This document shows positions 30,575 through 39,877 of a DNA stretch of 47,489 bases, piece by piece. The position numbers and the translations under genes were made by a program. The notes below the pieces were generated by a model, which was not told the origin of the DNA, ran no database searches, and saw only the letters and a list, made by a program, of their open reading frames with translations. The number at the start of each line of letters is the position of its first letter. The first letter of the stretch is position 1. The stretch comes from Bacteroidota bacterium (lineage in GTDB: Bacteria; Bacteroidota; Bacteroidia; Bacteroidales; PUMT01), in contig PXAP01000116.1 of the NCBI GenBank assembly GCA_003567115.1, positions 1 to 47,489 of the forward strand. The letters run 5' to 3'.

Positions 30575-30685
30575 TTCTTTGTTAAAAACCCCCCTTAACC
30601 TTCCAATAAATATTCTATTACTACTGTTATGATTTAAAATTAAACCTTACTTACAAAACTAATTTATTTTCCTCTTATCAGTAAA

Positions 30686-30842
30686 AAATTCTCTGAAAAC
30701 GGACTAACCACCACCTTAAAATGTGGATTTAACCCCGATTTTTGCTTAGCACCGCGAATTTTTTATTCGCACATGTCTTTCTGGCAAAGCCCCGCCAGGA
30801 CATAACCACGTTCTGAGTACCTTCATTTTAAAATTACATTAA
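30686..30842 (+). repeat. Family-A element copy A3 (full length)
   Basis: AAATTCTCTGAAAACGGACTAACC...TTTAACCCCGATTTTTGCTTAGCACCGCGAATTTTTTATTCGCACAT...CAAAGCCCCGCCAGGAC...AAATTACATTAA. Confidence 0.75.
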
Positions 30843-31242
30843 AATGTTTATTCTACTAACTTTATTAACAGGATATATTTTAAAAATAAATAATTTAAAT
30901 TTTACATGATATATATAATAGTATGTTAATTTTGTTCAAAAAATTATTTTAAAAAAAGCTGACAGAAAATTAATATTTAATTGTTAAAATCAATGTAGTT
31001 TATTTTCTGCTATTTTATTGTAGATAAAATAATTACAATTTTCCATTAACTATTTTATAAATTGTTGAAAACATCAATGTTAATTAATGTATTGTTTATT
31101 ATTGGTTGAATTTTTGATATATAATAAATCCCTTTAATTTTTTTTAATGGATATTTTTTTTATAGAGAAGAACAAATTAATATTATATTTTTTTTATTAA
31201 TGTTTTTTAAGGTATTTATTAATAAAGGTTGTTAATATTTTA

Positions 31243-31704
31243 ATGCAAAAAAAAATTAGTATAGCAATCGGATCTGATCATGCAGGATTTTATATAAAGC
31301 AGTATATAATTGAATATCTGCAAAAAAAGGAATATATATTCCATGATTTTGGAACTTATACAAGTGAAGCAGCTGATTATCCTGATTTTGCACATCCTGT
31401 AGCATGTGCAGTTGAAAATAATAATTTTGATTTTGGGATTGTTGTTTGCGGAACGGGCAATGGTGTTAATATGGTTGTTAACAAACACAAAGGGATAAGG
31501 GCTGCCTTATGCTGGAGAAAGGATGTGGCACATATAGTAAGACTACATAATGACGCCAATATATGTTCTTTGCCCGGGAGGTTTCTTAAAAAGGGAGAGG
31601 CAATAGATATTATTGAAGAATTTTTAAATACCGGATTTGAAAATGGAAGGCATCTGCGCAGGATTAATAAGATAGGTTTGCAAAATAGTATTGAAAAATG
31701 CTGA
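31243..31704 (+). CDS. rpiB: Ribose 5-phosphate isomerase B
   Basis: 153 aa with IAIGSDHAGF and GIVVCGTGNGVNMVVNKHKGIRAALC. Confidence 0.9.
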   Translation: MQKKISIAIGSDHAGFYIKQYIIEYLQKKEYIFHDFGTYTSEAADYPDFAHPVACAVENNNFDFGIVVCGTGNGVNMVVNKHKGIRAALCWRKDVAHIVRLHNDANICSLPGRFLKKGEAIDIIEEFLNTGFENGRHLRRINKIGLQNSIEKC

Positions 31705-32842
31705 TGTAATTGCCATGGCGGGCATTTATTTTCATATTCCCTGGTGCAGAACGGTTTGTATTTATTGTGATTTTCATTTTTCAGTATCCACGCGTAACAG
31801 ACCTGAATTAATTGAATGCATGATCAGGGAAATTGAATTACAAAAAAATTACCTTGATAATGCACCAATTGAATCTGTTTATTTTGGGGGAGGTACACCT
31901 TCAATCCTCACGGTAAAAGAACTGGATAAAATACTTGGCAAAACCCGTTCTGTATTCAATATTCCGGATAGTGCTGAAATCAGCCTGGAAGCTAATCCCG
32001 ATGACCTTTCCCTGTCATATCTCAGAGATTTGAAAAAACTGGGCATCAACAGACTTAGTATTGGAATACAATCATTCAATAATGATGATCTGAGATGGAT
32101 GAACCGGAGCCATGACAGAAAACAGGCAATTTTGAGCATTGAAAACAGCAAAAAAACCGGGTTTGAAAATGTTAGTATAGATCTTATTTATGGTTTGCCG
32201 GGTTTGAAAAACGATAAATGGAAGGAAAATCTTAAAATTACTTTCGATAAACAGCTGCAGCATTTGTCGGCATATCATTTAACCATTGAAAATAAAACGG
32301 TTTATTTTCACAAGTTCAGGAAAGGATTAATGGAAGGACCCGATGAACGTGCAGGGCTTGACCAGTTTGAAATCCTTATGGATATGGCATATAATGAAGG
32401 ATTTATGCATTATGAGATATCAAACTTTTGTATGCCTGGTTATTATTCAATACATAACACCTCTTACTGGATGCAGAAACATTACCTTGGAATCGGACCA
32501 TCTGCCAACTCCTTTAACGGAAATTCAAGACAATGGAATTTAAATAATAACAGCCAGTACATCAAAAATATAATTCATGGGATTATTCCGTATGATTATG
32601 AAAAACTAGGCACAAAGGAAAAATATAATGAGTATATACTAACTTCATTGAGAACTATGTGGGGAATAAATGTTAAAGTTGTTGAACAGAATTTTGGTAA
32701 TGAATTTTCAGATTATTTGCTAAAGGAGGCAGCTATTTTTTTTGAGAATGGCAAGCTTGAGAAAGACGGAAAGATAATTAAGCTGGGTCGAACAGGTAAG
32801 TTTTTTGCCGATGGCATTATATCCCGGCTTTTTAAAACATGA
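31691..32842 (+). CDS. hemW: Radical SAM family heme chaperone HemW (oxygen-independent coproporphyrinogen oxidase-like)
   Basis: YFHIPWCRTVCIYCDF cluster and a HemN-like core. The track start at 31691 is TTG and overlaps rpiB. The ATG at 31715 (MAGIYFHIPWC) is the more likely start. Confidence 0.9.
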   Translation: MKNADVIAMAGIYFHIPWCRTVCIYCDFHFSVSTRNRPELIECMIREIELQKNYLDNAPIESVYFGGGTPSILTVKELDKILGKTRSVFNIPDSAEISLEANPDDLSLSYLRDLKKLGINRLSIGIQSFNNDDLRWMNRSHDRKQAILSIENSKKTGFENVSIDLIYGLPGLKNDKWKENLKITFDKQLQHLSAYHLTIENKTVYFHKFRKGLMEGPDERAGLDQFEILMDMAYNEGFMHYEISNFCMPGYYSIHNTSYWMQKHYLGIGPSANSFNGNSRQWNLNNNSQYIKNIIHGIIPYDYEKLGTKEKYNEYILTSLRTMWGINVKVVEQNFGNEFSDYLLKEAAIFFENGKLEKDGKIIKLGRTGKFFADGIISRLFKT

Positions 32843-32922
32843 TAACTTTGCGGAAGCGGTAAATGGATCATAAAAACATCCCTACGTCAGATCAAGACCT
32901 TACTTTTAAATAAGGGGCACTG

Positions 32923-33834
32923 TCAGTTAATCATGTCCTGACGGATAATTTTCACCAGATTGACGATTTCTGTGATATCGTTTTCTGAATAAATAAATTT
33001 TGGTTCATCTGATTCAATGGTTTTTTCCGAAGTATCAATATGAAGATCATCCTGGTCAAATAAAATCTCTATACGGTCATAAATTCGTTTTAATTGCCTG
33101 ATCATCAGAAGATACTTTGCTATAAACTCATTGTCCTGGTGATTGGAAAGCAGGGCTACAAGACGGTCAAGAGAATACTTCTGAGTTAATATTTGTTCTT
33201 CAAGATTACTGACGGGATTTTGCTCATCATAAAAGGTGATTGCAATGTATAATGCTTCAATCCAGCCTCCTGCAAGTATAAGGGAAGCGGCGCCCGTCCG
33301 TTCACTATCTTGAAGTTGTTTTTCAGCCGCAATATAAATATTGCTTGCTATATCAAATAATGAGTCGGGATGATTTAGTGACCTGTCGCTTGCATTTGCC
33401 GCCTGGTCGATAAATGTGGATGCAATACCCAGTCTTTCTGCAAGTCTGTATACAGCTGAAAGGTAATTGAGGGCTTCCTGCGTTTGTCCAAACATATGGC
33501 AATAGCTCATATCAGCACCATAAATTCCTAAATTAACAGCAACTTTGTTGCTTGAATTGTATCTTACCAGGTTGTCAACTGGATTTAGGATAGATGGATC
33601 AAATATCACGTTTAACTGCTGATATAGCCGGTGAGCCTTTACAGGTGAATACATATCATAGAATATTGCTTTCACCTCCGTTAATTCACCAAATTCTTCC
33701 TCAATATCAAAATCCTGCTCAATTAAAGTTTTTTCTTCATTTTTTTCTTCGCTGCTCCGGCCACATGAAATACACAGTGATAAAAGGATAACAAGCAGGA
33801 GAACCGGTATATGTGGGGCATTAAATCTATACAT
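32923..33834 (-). CDS. Hypothetical lipoprotein, predicted alpha-helical
   Basis: The start MYRFNAPHIPVLLLVILLSLCISCG gives a clean signal peptide plus lipobox. The 36 extra N-terminal residues in the track ORF (to 33942) are a read-through of repeat C1. No recognisable family. Confidence 0.6.
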   Translation of the reverse strand: MYRFNAPHIPVLLLVILLSLCISCGRSSEEKNEEKTLIEQDFDIEEEFGELTEVKAIFYDMYSPVKAHRLYQQLNVIFDPSILNPVDNLVRYNSSNKVAVNLGIYGADMSYCHMFGQTQEALNYLSAVYRLAERLGIASTFIDQAANASDRSLNHPDSLFDIASNIYIAAEKQLQDSERTGAASLILAGGWIEALYIAITFYDEQNPVSNLEEQILTQKYSLDRLVALLSNHQDNEFIAKYLLMIRQLKRIYDRIEILFDQDDLHIDTSEKTIESDEPKFIYSENDITEIVNLVKIIRQDMIN

Positions 33835-33841
33835 TAGACGC

Positions 33842-33916
33842 GTAATATTTAAATTCTTGCTTTTTTCGGCAAAATTATATTCAAACCTCTTTGGTTCTGG
33901 CTTGTCCAGGTTAGGA
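33842..33916 (+). repeat. Family-C module copy C1 (~72 bp), directly upstream of the lipoprotein gene on the opposite strand
   Basis: GTAATATTTAAATTCTTGCTTTTTTCGGCAAAATTATATTCAAACCTCTTTGGTTCTGGCTTGTCCAGGTTAGGA matches 46921-46992 closely. The minus strand carries TAATTTTG, a Bacteroidota -7-box-like TAnnTTTG, about 35-40 nt before the ATG at 33834. Confidence 0.75.
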
Positions 33917-34030
33917 TAATGAATTTTCAGTTTTTGTAACATATCCGGACAACCTGGTTTTTCTCCGCTATAAAAATATAAAAAAAAGCATATCTTCCAC
34001 GTAATTACTGCCTGTAATTTTAGTTTAACT

Positions 34031-34096
34031 CCAAAGTATCATCTCCCGCCAGGACGTGACCACGACCTGAGGACGTGGATTTTAACGTTACATTAA
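34031..34096 (+). repeat. Family-A element, 3' part only (A4)
   Basis: CCAAAG...CTCCCGCCAGGACGTGACCACGACCTGAGGACGTGGATTTTAACGTTACATTAA aligns with the 3' ends of A1 and A3. Confidence 0.6.
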
Positions 34097-34154
34097 ACTT
34101 AAAAATAAGCCTGGATCGGCCCATTAAATTAAACTGGTTTTTTAAGAGTTTTGT

Positions 34155-36089
34155 TCAGAAAACAATTCTGTTACCCAGTTGTTTCGCCAGGTGGATATTG
34201 GTATTTTTAAGTATTATATACCTTTGTTGCAGTAATAATGACTCTTCATTGTCAGCTTCCCTTAATTTTTCTTCGGTCTCTTTAAGCTGGTGTCTTACAA
34301 GAAAGCTTTTGTAAGCCAGAATTGTCGAGGGGACAATGTGTTTGAGTTTTTCTTCTTCTGTTTCAATATAGGCTTCTTTTCTCTTCCATATCCTGCTTAT
34401 ATCATATGATGAACTCAGCAGATCTGCAGCAATATGGCTGATCATTGTATCGGGGTGATTGGAAAAATTTTTTTCTGCAGGGGTTATATCATTTTCAATA
34501 AGTTTTTTACATTCAGAAATTATCGAATGGTAGTGATTATTGGATAGTTGCAATTCATCGCTTTCAAGTTCATTAATAATAAAACCTGTTACAGTAACAG
34601 GTTGTTCACCGGTTTCTTCGTTAAAAGGGATTAGTTGCCTGGAGCCATAATTTATCACCAGACGGATGATCTCTCTTTCATGGATGTCTCTTTCAGATCC
34701 TTGATCAGTTCCTGGCTGGAACCGGATGCTTTCCTTTTTGTCTTTAGAGCCTGCATCATTGAATTTATATTTTAATTTTTTTTCAGCATCGGTATTTCTT
34801 ATTTTGTCCGATTCCAGATATAGAATCTTCTCTTCAATGTGTAATATGTTTGCGCATTCCCTGATGTAGACCATCCGGGTGATACGGTTGGGTATTTTAG
34901 CGATGGATCTTACAATATCGCTTATCATCATAGATTTTTTTACAGGGTCATCTTTTGATTCTTCACTGAGGAGGCGGGTTTTAAATAGAACAAAGTCAAG
35001 CTCATTTTTACTTATATAATCACTGATGTTGCCGGAGTCTGTTTTTTTTGCATATGAATCAGGGTCTTCACCCTCAGGCAGCATCAGAATCTTAACATTC
35101 ATTCCCTCCTCAAGGATCAGGTCAATACCCCTGAGAGATGCTTTCAGACCTGCCTCATCTCCATCATACAATACCGTAATGTTTTTTGTGAACCTTTTAA
35201 TAAGACGAACCTGTTCGGCCGTAAGGGCCGTGCCTGAGGATGCAACTACATTTTCAATACCTGCCTGATGAAGTGATAACACATCGGTATAACCTTCAAC
35301 CAGATAGCATTTGTCGTTTTGAACAATTGAACGTTTGGCAAAGAACAGCCCGTAAAGAACCCTGCTTTTATGGTATATTTCAGATTCCGGTGAATTCAGG
35401 TATTTGGCTGTTTTTTTATCCTGTTTCAATGTTCTGGCACCGAAAGCTATTACTTTCCCCGAAAGGGAGTGAATCGGAAAAATTATCCTGCTGCTGAACC
35501 TGTCGAAAATTTTGTCTCCATTACGTATGGTAAGGCCTGTTTTTTCCAGATATTCCGGCTTATAACCATTTTTTAAAGCTTCCTGAGCCAGTGAATTCCG
35601 CCGTTCGGGTGAATATCCGATCTGAAATTTTTCAATAACGGGGGCCCGGTACCCCCTCTCTTTCAGGTATGTCATTCCAACAGCCAGCCCTTCAGTGTTT
35701 TCAGTAAGACTCAGTGAATAAAATTTTTGCGCAAAACCGGTTACGAGCATCATGCTTTCACGCTCATCCTGCTTCTCTTTTTCCTGAGTGGAGGATTCTG
35801 TTTCGGTTATTTCGATTCCGTACTTCCGGGCCAGGAATCTCAGAGCTTCAGGCCATGAGATATGCTCATGTTCCATTACAAAATTTACGGCATTGCCTCC
35901 TTTACCGCAACCGAAACATTTGAAAATTCCCTTGGCGGGGGAAACGGTGAAAGATGGAGTTTTTTCATTATGAAAGGGGCAGAGACCTATATAATTGACT
36001 CCGCGCTTTTTAAGTGTGACGAAATCCTGTATTACATCTGTTATCTCGGATGTATCAATTATTCTGGTAATGGTTGAATGATCTATCAT
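34155..36089 (-). CDS. dnaG: DNA primase
   Basis: 644 aa. CHC2 zinc finger CPFHNEKTPSFTVSPAKGIFKCFGCGKGG and a TOPRIM domain (YLVEGYTDV...LYDGDEAG). Confidence 0.95.
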   Translation of the reverse strand: MIDHSTITRIIDTSEITDVIQDFVTLKKRGVNYIGLCPFHNEKTPSFTVSPAKGIFKCFGCGKGGNAVNFVMEHEHISWPEALRFLARKYGIEITETESSTQEKEKQDERESMMLVTGFAQKFYSLSLTENTEGLAVGMTYLKERGYRAPVIEKFQIGYSPERRNSLAQEALKNGYKPEYLEKTGLTIRNGDKIFDRFSSRIIFPIHSLSGKVIAFGARTLKQDKKTAKYLNSPESEIYHKSRVLYGLFFAKRSIVQNDKCYLVEGYTDVLSLHQAGIENVVASSGTALTAEQVRLIKRFTKNITVLYDGDEAGLKASLRGIDLILEEGMNVKILMLPEGEDPDSYAKKTDSGNISDYISKNELDFVLFKTRLLSEESKDDPVKKSMMISDIVRSIAKIPNRITRMVYIRECANILHIEEKILYLESDKIRNTDAEKKLKYKFNDAGSKDKKESIRFQPGTDQGSERDIHEREIIRLVINYGSRQLIPFNEETGEQPVTVTGFIINELESDELQLSNNHYHSIISECKKLIENDITPAEKNFSNHPDTMISHIAADLLSSSYDISRIWKRKEAYIETEEEKLKHIVPSTILAYKSFLVRHQLKETEEKLREADNEESLLLQQRYIILKNTNIHLAKQLGNRIVF

Positions 36090-36368
36090 GCAATTGGTTA
36101 TGAGATGATATATTATTTTTACCGGGTATTTCCAATCAGGACCAAGTTAACGAATTATCTCTGAAAATTGCATCTCCGATAATGGTTCTTATTAACATTG
36201 ATATGGGATTCTTATTAACATGATGTGATGGTAAATTTTAGCCTATCCTGAAAACCCGCGTATGTTGGATGGGGTTATGCCCCGGCGGGACTATGTCCGG
36301 CGGTGACAGTCTGTTGTTTTTTTGCCTGTAACTTGTTATATTTCGGGATAACATAATCGATTGTTCAT

Positions 36369-37067
36369 ATGCAGAAACTTGTTGTATTGACCGGAGCCGG
36401 AATAAGCGCTGAAAGCGGAATAAAAACCTTTCGTGATACGGGAGGGCTGTGGGAGGAGTATGATATCATGGAAGTAGCTACTCCCCAGGGATGGGATAAG
36501 AATCCTGAAATGGTACAGAAGTTTTATAATGAGAGGCGCCGACAATTGCTTGAATGCAAACCTAATAATGCTCACAAGGGACTTGTGGAACTGGAGAAAT
36601 ATTTTGATGTGGAGATAATTACCCAAAATGTTGATGATCTCCATGAACGTGCAGGAAGTAAAAAGGTTCTGCTTTTGCATGGCGAACTCAGAAAGGCTCA
36701 GAGTACCCGGTATCCCGGGCTGGTATATGATATTGACGGCTGGGAGATTAAGGAGGAGGACCGCTGCGAAAAAGGCTATCCCCTCAGACCTCATGTGGTT
36801 TGGTTTGGCGAACCGGTGCCCGCAATGGAAACTGCCATTGAGATTACCAGGGAGGCAGATATTTTTGTTGTAATAGGAACCTCATTGAATGTATATCCTG
36901 CTGCAAGTCTGCTTGATTATGTCTCTCATGGAGTTCGGGTGTATATAATTGATCCCGAAGAGGTAATGCATCATGGCAGGGCTGGTATTGAGGTTATAAA
37001 AGAGAAGGCCGGGGTAGGAGTTGGGATATTGTTTAAAAAATTAACGGGGAAAAATCTCCCGCTTTAA
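36369..37067 (+). CDS. cobB: NAD-dependent protein deacylase, Sir2 family (CobB-like)
   Basis: 232 aa with GAGISAESGIKTFRD, QNVDDLHERAG and GTSLNVYPAA. Confidence 0.9.
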   Translation: MQKLVVLTGAGISAESGIKTFRDTGGLWEEYDIMEVATPQGWDKNPEMVQKFYNERRRQLLECKPNNAHKGLVELEKYFDVEIITQNVDDLHERAGSKKVLLLHGELRKAQSTRYPGLVYDIDGWEIKEEDRCEKGYPLRPHVVWFGEPVPAMETAIEITREADIFVVIGTSLNVYPAASLLDYVSHGVRVYIIDPEEVMHHGRAGIEVIKEKAGVGVGILFKKLTGKNLPL

Positions 37068-37120
37068 TGAACTACCCCGGGCAGAGCCCCTAAGTATCAA
37101 ATGGAATTTATTATTTCCGA

Positions 37121-37228
37121 CCCGGAGGGCCAGGGGAATTGAACCCGAAGCGAATCTTGCCGGGTGAAATCGGCAAAGCCAATTGAACCCGAAGCGAATC
37201 TTGCCGGGTGAAATCGGCCAGGCCAATT
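37121..37228. repeat. 44-bp tandem repeat, two full units plus partial flanks, between the sirtuin and OMP genes
   Basis: AATTGAACCCGAAGCGAATCTTGCCGGGTGAAATCGGCAAAGCC (37137-37180) and AATTGAACCCGAAGCGAATCTTGCCGGGTGAAATCGGCCAGGCC (37181-37224), which differ at 2 positions. AATT starts again at 37225. Each unit holds the hairpin TTGCCG-N8-CGGCAA, weaker in unit 2. Confidence 0.85.
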
Positions 37229-37247
37229 AAGCAATTTTGATAAATAA

Positions 37248-37859
37248 ATGATGAAGTTTATTTTTAGTTTAAGTTTGATTCTTTCCGGTTTCTTGATGGT
37301 TTCACCGCTGTCTGCACAGATTTTCAATGCAGGTATAGGAGGGGGACTGAATATTGCGCAGGTTGAAGGTGACGGTTTTTCCGGCTATAATAAGGCCGGT
37401 GCTTCTTTCGGACTTTTCGTGAACACTTTTTCCCGGGAAAACGTTGCAATACAGATGGAAATGAATTATTCCTCAAAGGGAAGCCAGGTCAGGACTACGA
37501 TCGAAGACCCCCGTTACTACAGGATAGACCTGCGTTACATAGAAATTCCTGTTTTCCTTCGTTATTTTACGGCTATGGGGTTAATTGCCGAAGCCGGCCT
37601 GTCAGGAGGTTATCTTTTTTATTCCAGAGAAGAAGATGAGCTTGGTGAATTGCCCCAGGCTGACACACATCCTTTCAGAAAAACTGAATTTGCTGCTCAT
37701 GGCGGTATAGGATGGCTTTTTACCGAAAATATCACAGTCAATGCACGGATCTCTTATTCGTTGATACCCGTGCGGGATCATGCGGGGGGTGGTAAATACT
37801 ACTTTAACAGGGGGCAGAATAATAATGTTATCTCCTTTATTGTTCAGTACCTGTTCTGA
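37248..37859 (+). CDS. Outer membrane beta-barrel (porin family / PorT-like) protein
   Basis: 203 aa. Signal peptide, alternating-hydrophobic beta-strand pattern and a C-terminal aromatic residue (QYLF). Confidence 0.7.
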   Translation: MMKFIFSLSLILSGFLMVSPLSAQIFNAGIGGGLNIAQVEGDGFSGYNKAGASFGLFVNTFSRENVAIQMEMNYSSKGSQVRTTIEDPRYYRIDLRYIEIPVFLRYFTAMGLIAEAGLSGGYLFYSREEDELGELPQADTHPFRKTEFAAHGGIGWLFTENITVNARISYSLIPVRDHAGGGKYYFNRGQNNNVISFIVQYLF

Positions 37860-38071
37860 AAGGTTCACTTAAGGTGACAGATTAACCGTTTTTAACCGAG
37901 GCATTCACCTGATTGGCCGGTTGGATCTGCTGCTTTTAATCGGCTCATTTTACCTGCCTGCCCTCCGTATGTAATTTAGTTACCCGTTCTATGGAAATTC
38001 CGGGAAATAATACCGGATAGATTCCGGAACTTACACCGGCAGATTTGAGGGTTTCTTAGGGAGCTGAATTT

Positions 38072-38761
38072 TCAGGCATATGCCATGGTCAGGATACTGA
38101 TTCTTACTTTTTTGTATTGAATTAATGACAATGCACAGGATTCAAGTGTTGCACCTGTTGTAACCACATCATCTACCAGCAGGATATGTTTGTTGATAAT
38201 TTTTTCAGGGCTTTGTACCATGAAACTGTTTTCTACGTTTTCCCAGCGTTCTGTGCGGGATTTGTTTGTTTGTGTTTTTGTGTCAACAAAGCGTATTAAT
38301 GTATCATTGAAAACTTTTTTACCCAGACTGTGGGCAAGTCCCCTTGCAAACCATTCACTCTGATTAAATCCTCTTGTTTTTTCCCTTGAATAATGCAGGG
38401 GTACGGGAATAAGTATTTCAGGATCTGAAAAATGTCCGGATATGAAGAGTTCTCTGCCATATATTTTACCAATAAGTAAAGCCAGTTCTTTTTCACCCTT
38501 GTATTTAACCTGATGAAGAATTTTTTTGCATTTACTGCCCTTTTCAAAATAGTAAAATGCAGCTGCAGATTCTATTTTCACCCTTCCCCAGAATAATCGG
38601 GCCATGGTGTTGTTTTCATCGAGGTGAAAATTTGTTTTGGGAAGATTGTAAAGGCAGTTGATGCAGATAAGCCTTTCCTGTTTTACCAGGGCAGATTTGC
38701 ATGCTGTACAAAGTGAGGGGAAAAAGAGGCTGATAAAATCCCCGCATAACTCCTTTAACAT
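38072..38761 (-). CDS. ComF family protein (phosphoribosyltransferase-like, ComFC type)
   Basis: 229 aa. N-terminal Cys pairs (CTAC...CINC) and the PRTase motif ILLVDDVVTTGATL. Confidence 0.85.
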   Translation of the reverse strand: MLKELCGDFISLFFPSLCTACKSALVKQERLICINCLYNLPKTNFHLDENNTMARLFWGRVKIESAAAFYYFEKGSKCKKILHQVKYKGEKELALLIGKIYGRELFISGHFSDPEILIPVPLHYSREKTRGFNQSEWFARGLAHSLGKKVFNDTLIRFVDTKTQTNKSRTERWENVENSFMVQSPEKIINKHILLVDDVVTTGATLESCALSLIQYKKVRISILTMAYA

Positions 38762-38949
38762 TCTATTATTTTATATTCAGGATTGTTATAGAAAATTACA
38801 AAATCTTTTTTTAAATGTCAATTCAAGCTGGTTGGTATTGTACTTCCCTGCAGCTGGTATTTCCCTGAAGACGTTATTTATAACGTGGTTCAAATATCCC
38901 TCATTGCTGAGGGAACATCAGGGTGAGTTTTCACATAAAAGAAGAGTAA

Positions 38950-39630
38950 TCAGCAGTTTTCGAGAATAGTGGCCGCAATGCATAAATCAAGAGGGGTGGT
39001 TATTTTTATATTTTCCGGCTGGCCATTGACCAGGTGTATTTTATGTCCGGCCGATTCGATCAGGGTTGCTTCATCGGTGAAGATGGGCCTGTAACTTTGC
39101 CTGAATCCATAAATAAGCAGTTCTGACTGAAAAATCTGGGGTGTTTGCACCAGTCTGAACTGGTGACGGTCTGCCTTTGTGTTTTTATCACCATCAACCA
39201 GGCGGATTGATTCTGAAAGTTCAATTACAGGAACGGCATTGCCAAGAATGGCTGCTGTATCAAAACAGGTCTGTATAAGAGCTTTGCTCACCAGCGGCCT
39301 GACCCCGTCATGAACAGCAACAAGCGAACCGGATGGAATATTCATAATGGCATTTTTAACCGAATGATGGCGGGTATTCCCGCCCTCCACTATGGAATGG
39401 GAAATATTGAACCGGTGTTTTTTGCAAAGGGTCTGCCAGTATTTCACCTGATCAGCAGGAAGAACGATGATTATTTCCATATCAGGGTTGTATTGATGGA
39501 ATGCCCTGATTGTTCTCATCAATACGGGATCATTTTTGAGTAGCAAAAACTGTTTGGGGATATCGGTATTCATTCTTTTACCCGATCCGCCGGCCACTAT
39601 AATGGTAATCTGTTTTCCCGATATTTGCAT
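38950..39630 (-). CDS. ispD: 2-C-methyl-D-erythritol 4-phosphate cytidylyltransferase
   Basis: 226 aa with VAGGSGKRM, VHDGVRP, VQTPQIF and TDEATL. Confidence 0.9.
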   Translation of the reverse strand: MQISGKQITIIVAGGSGKRMNTDIPKQFLLLKNDPVLMRTIRAFHQYNPDMEIIIVLPADQVKYWQTLCKKHRFNISHSIVEGGNTRHHSVKNAIMNIPSGSLVAVHDGVRPLVSKALIQTCFDTAAILGNAVPVIELSESIRLVDGDKNTKADRHQFRLVQTPQIFQSELLIYGFRQSYRPIFTDEATLIESAGHKIHLVNGQPENIKITTPLDLCIAATILENC

Positions 39631-39877
39631 TTTCCCCGCTTTACAGGTGATTATGAAGACATTTCAAAACATTTCTTCCTCTGTTGTCCTGTGGTGAAAT
39701 TACAAAAAGTAATGTAATTAGCCGGTCACTTTAATGAAAAGATATTCTGCAATATCTGACCTAATTTACAGGGCATGGTTTATAATTAAAACTGCTTTTC
39801 ACCGGAATTTTTTTATCTTGCCGTATGAAAATACTATGTAACCATACAGATATTAGGCAGTAAATAATTATTTTATT

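Noticed and set aside
28162-30842. The possibility that family A is a remnant of a small protein-coding sequence. A2 and A3 translate in one frame to similar peptides, KFAKTGLSIT...FNPEFCFAPRIF and KFSENGLTTT...FNPDFCLAPRIF.
   Set aside because: No copy has an in-frame start codon; in A2 a stop lies a few codons upstream. Stop positions differ between copies. A1 carries an indel that shifts the frame across the conserved TTTAAC...GCACCGCG blocks. Conservation is therefore at the nucleotide level, not the protein level.
37121-37228. A CRISPR array, considered for the 44-bp tandem repeat and for the regularly spaced A copies.
   Set aside because: The 44-bp units are directly adjacent with no spacers. 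The A copies are separated by whole genes. There are no cas genes and no leader.
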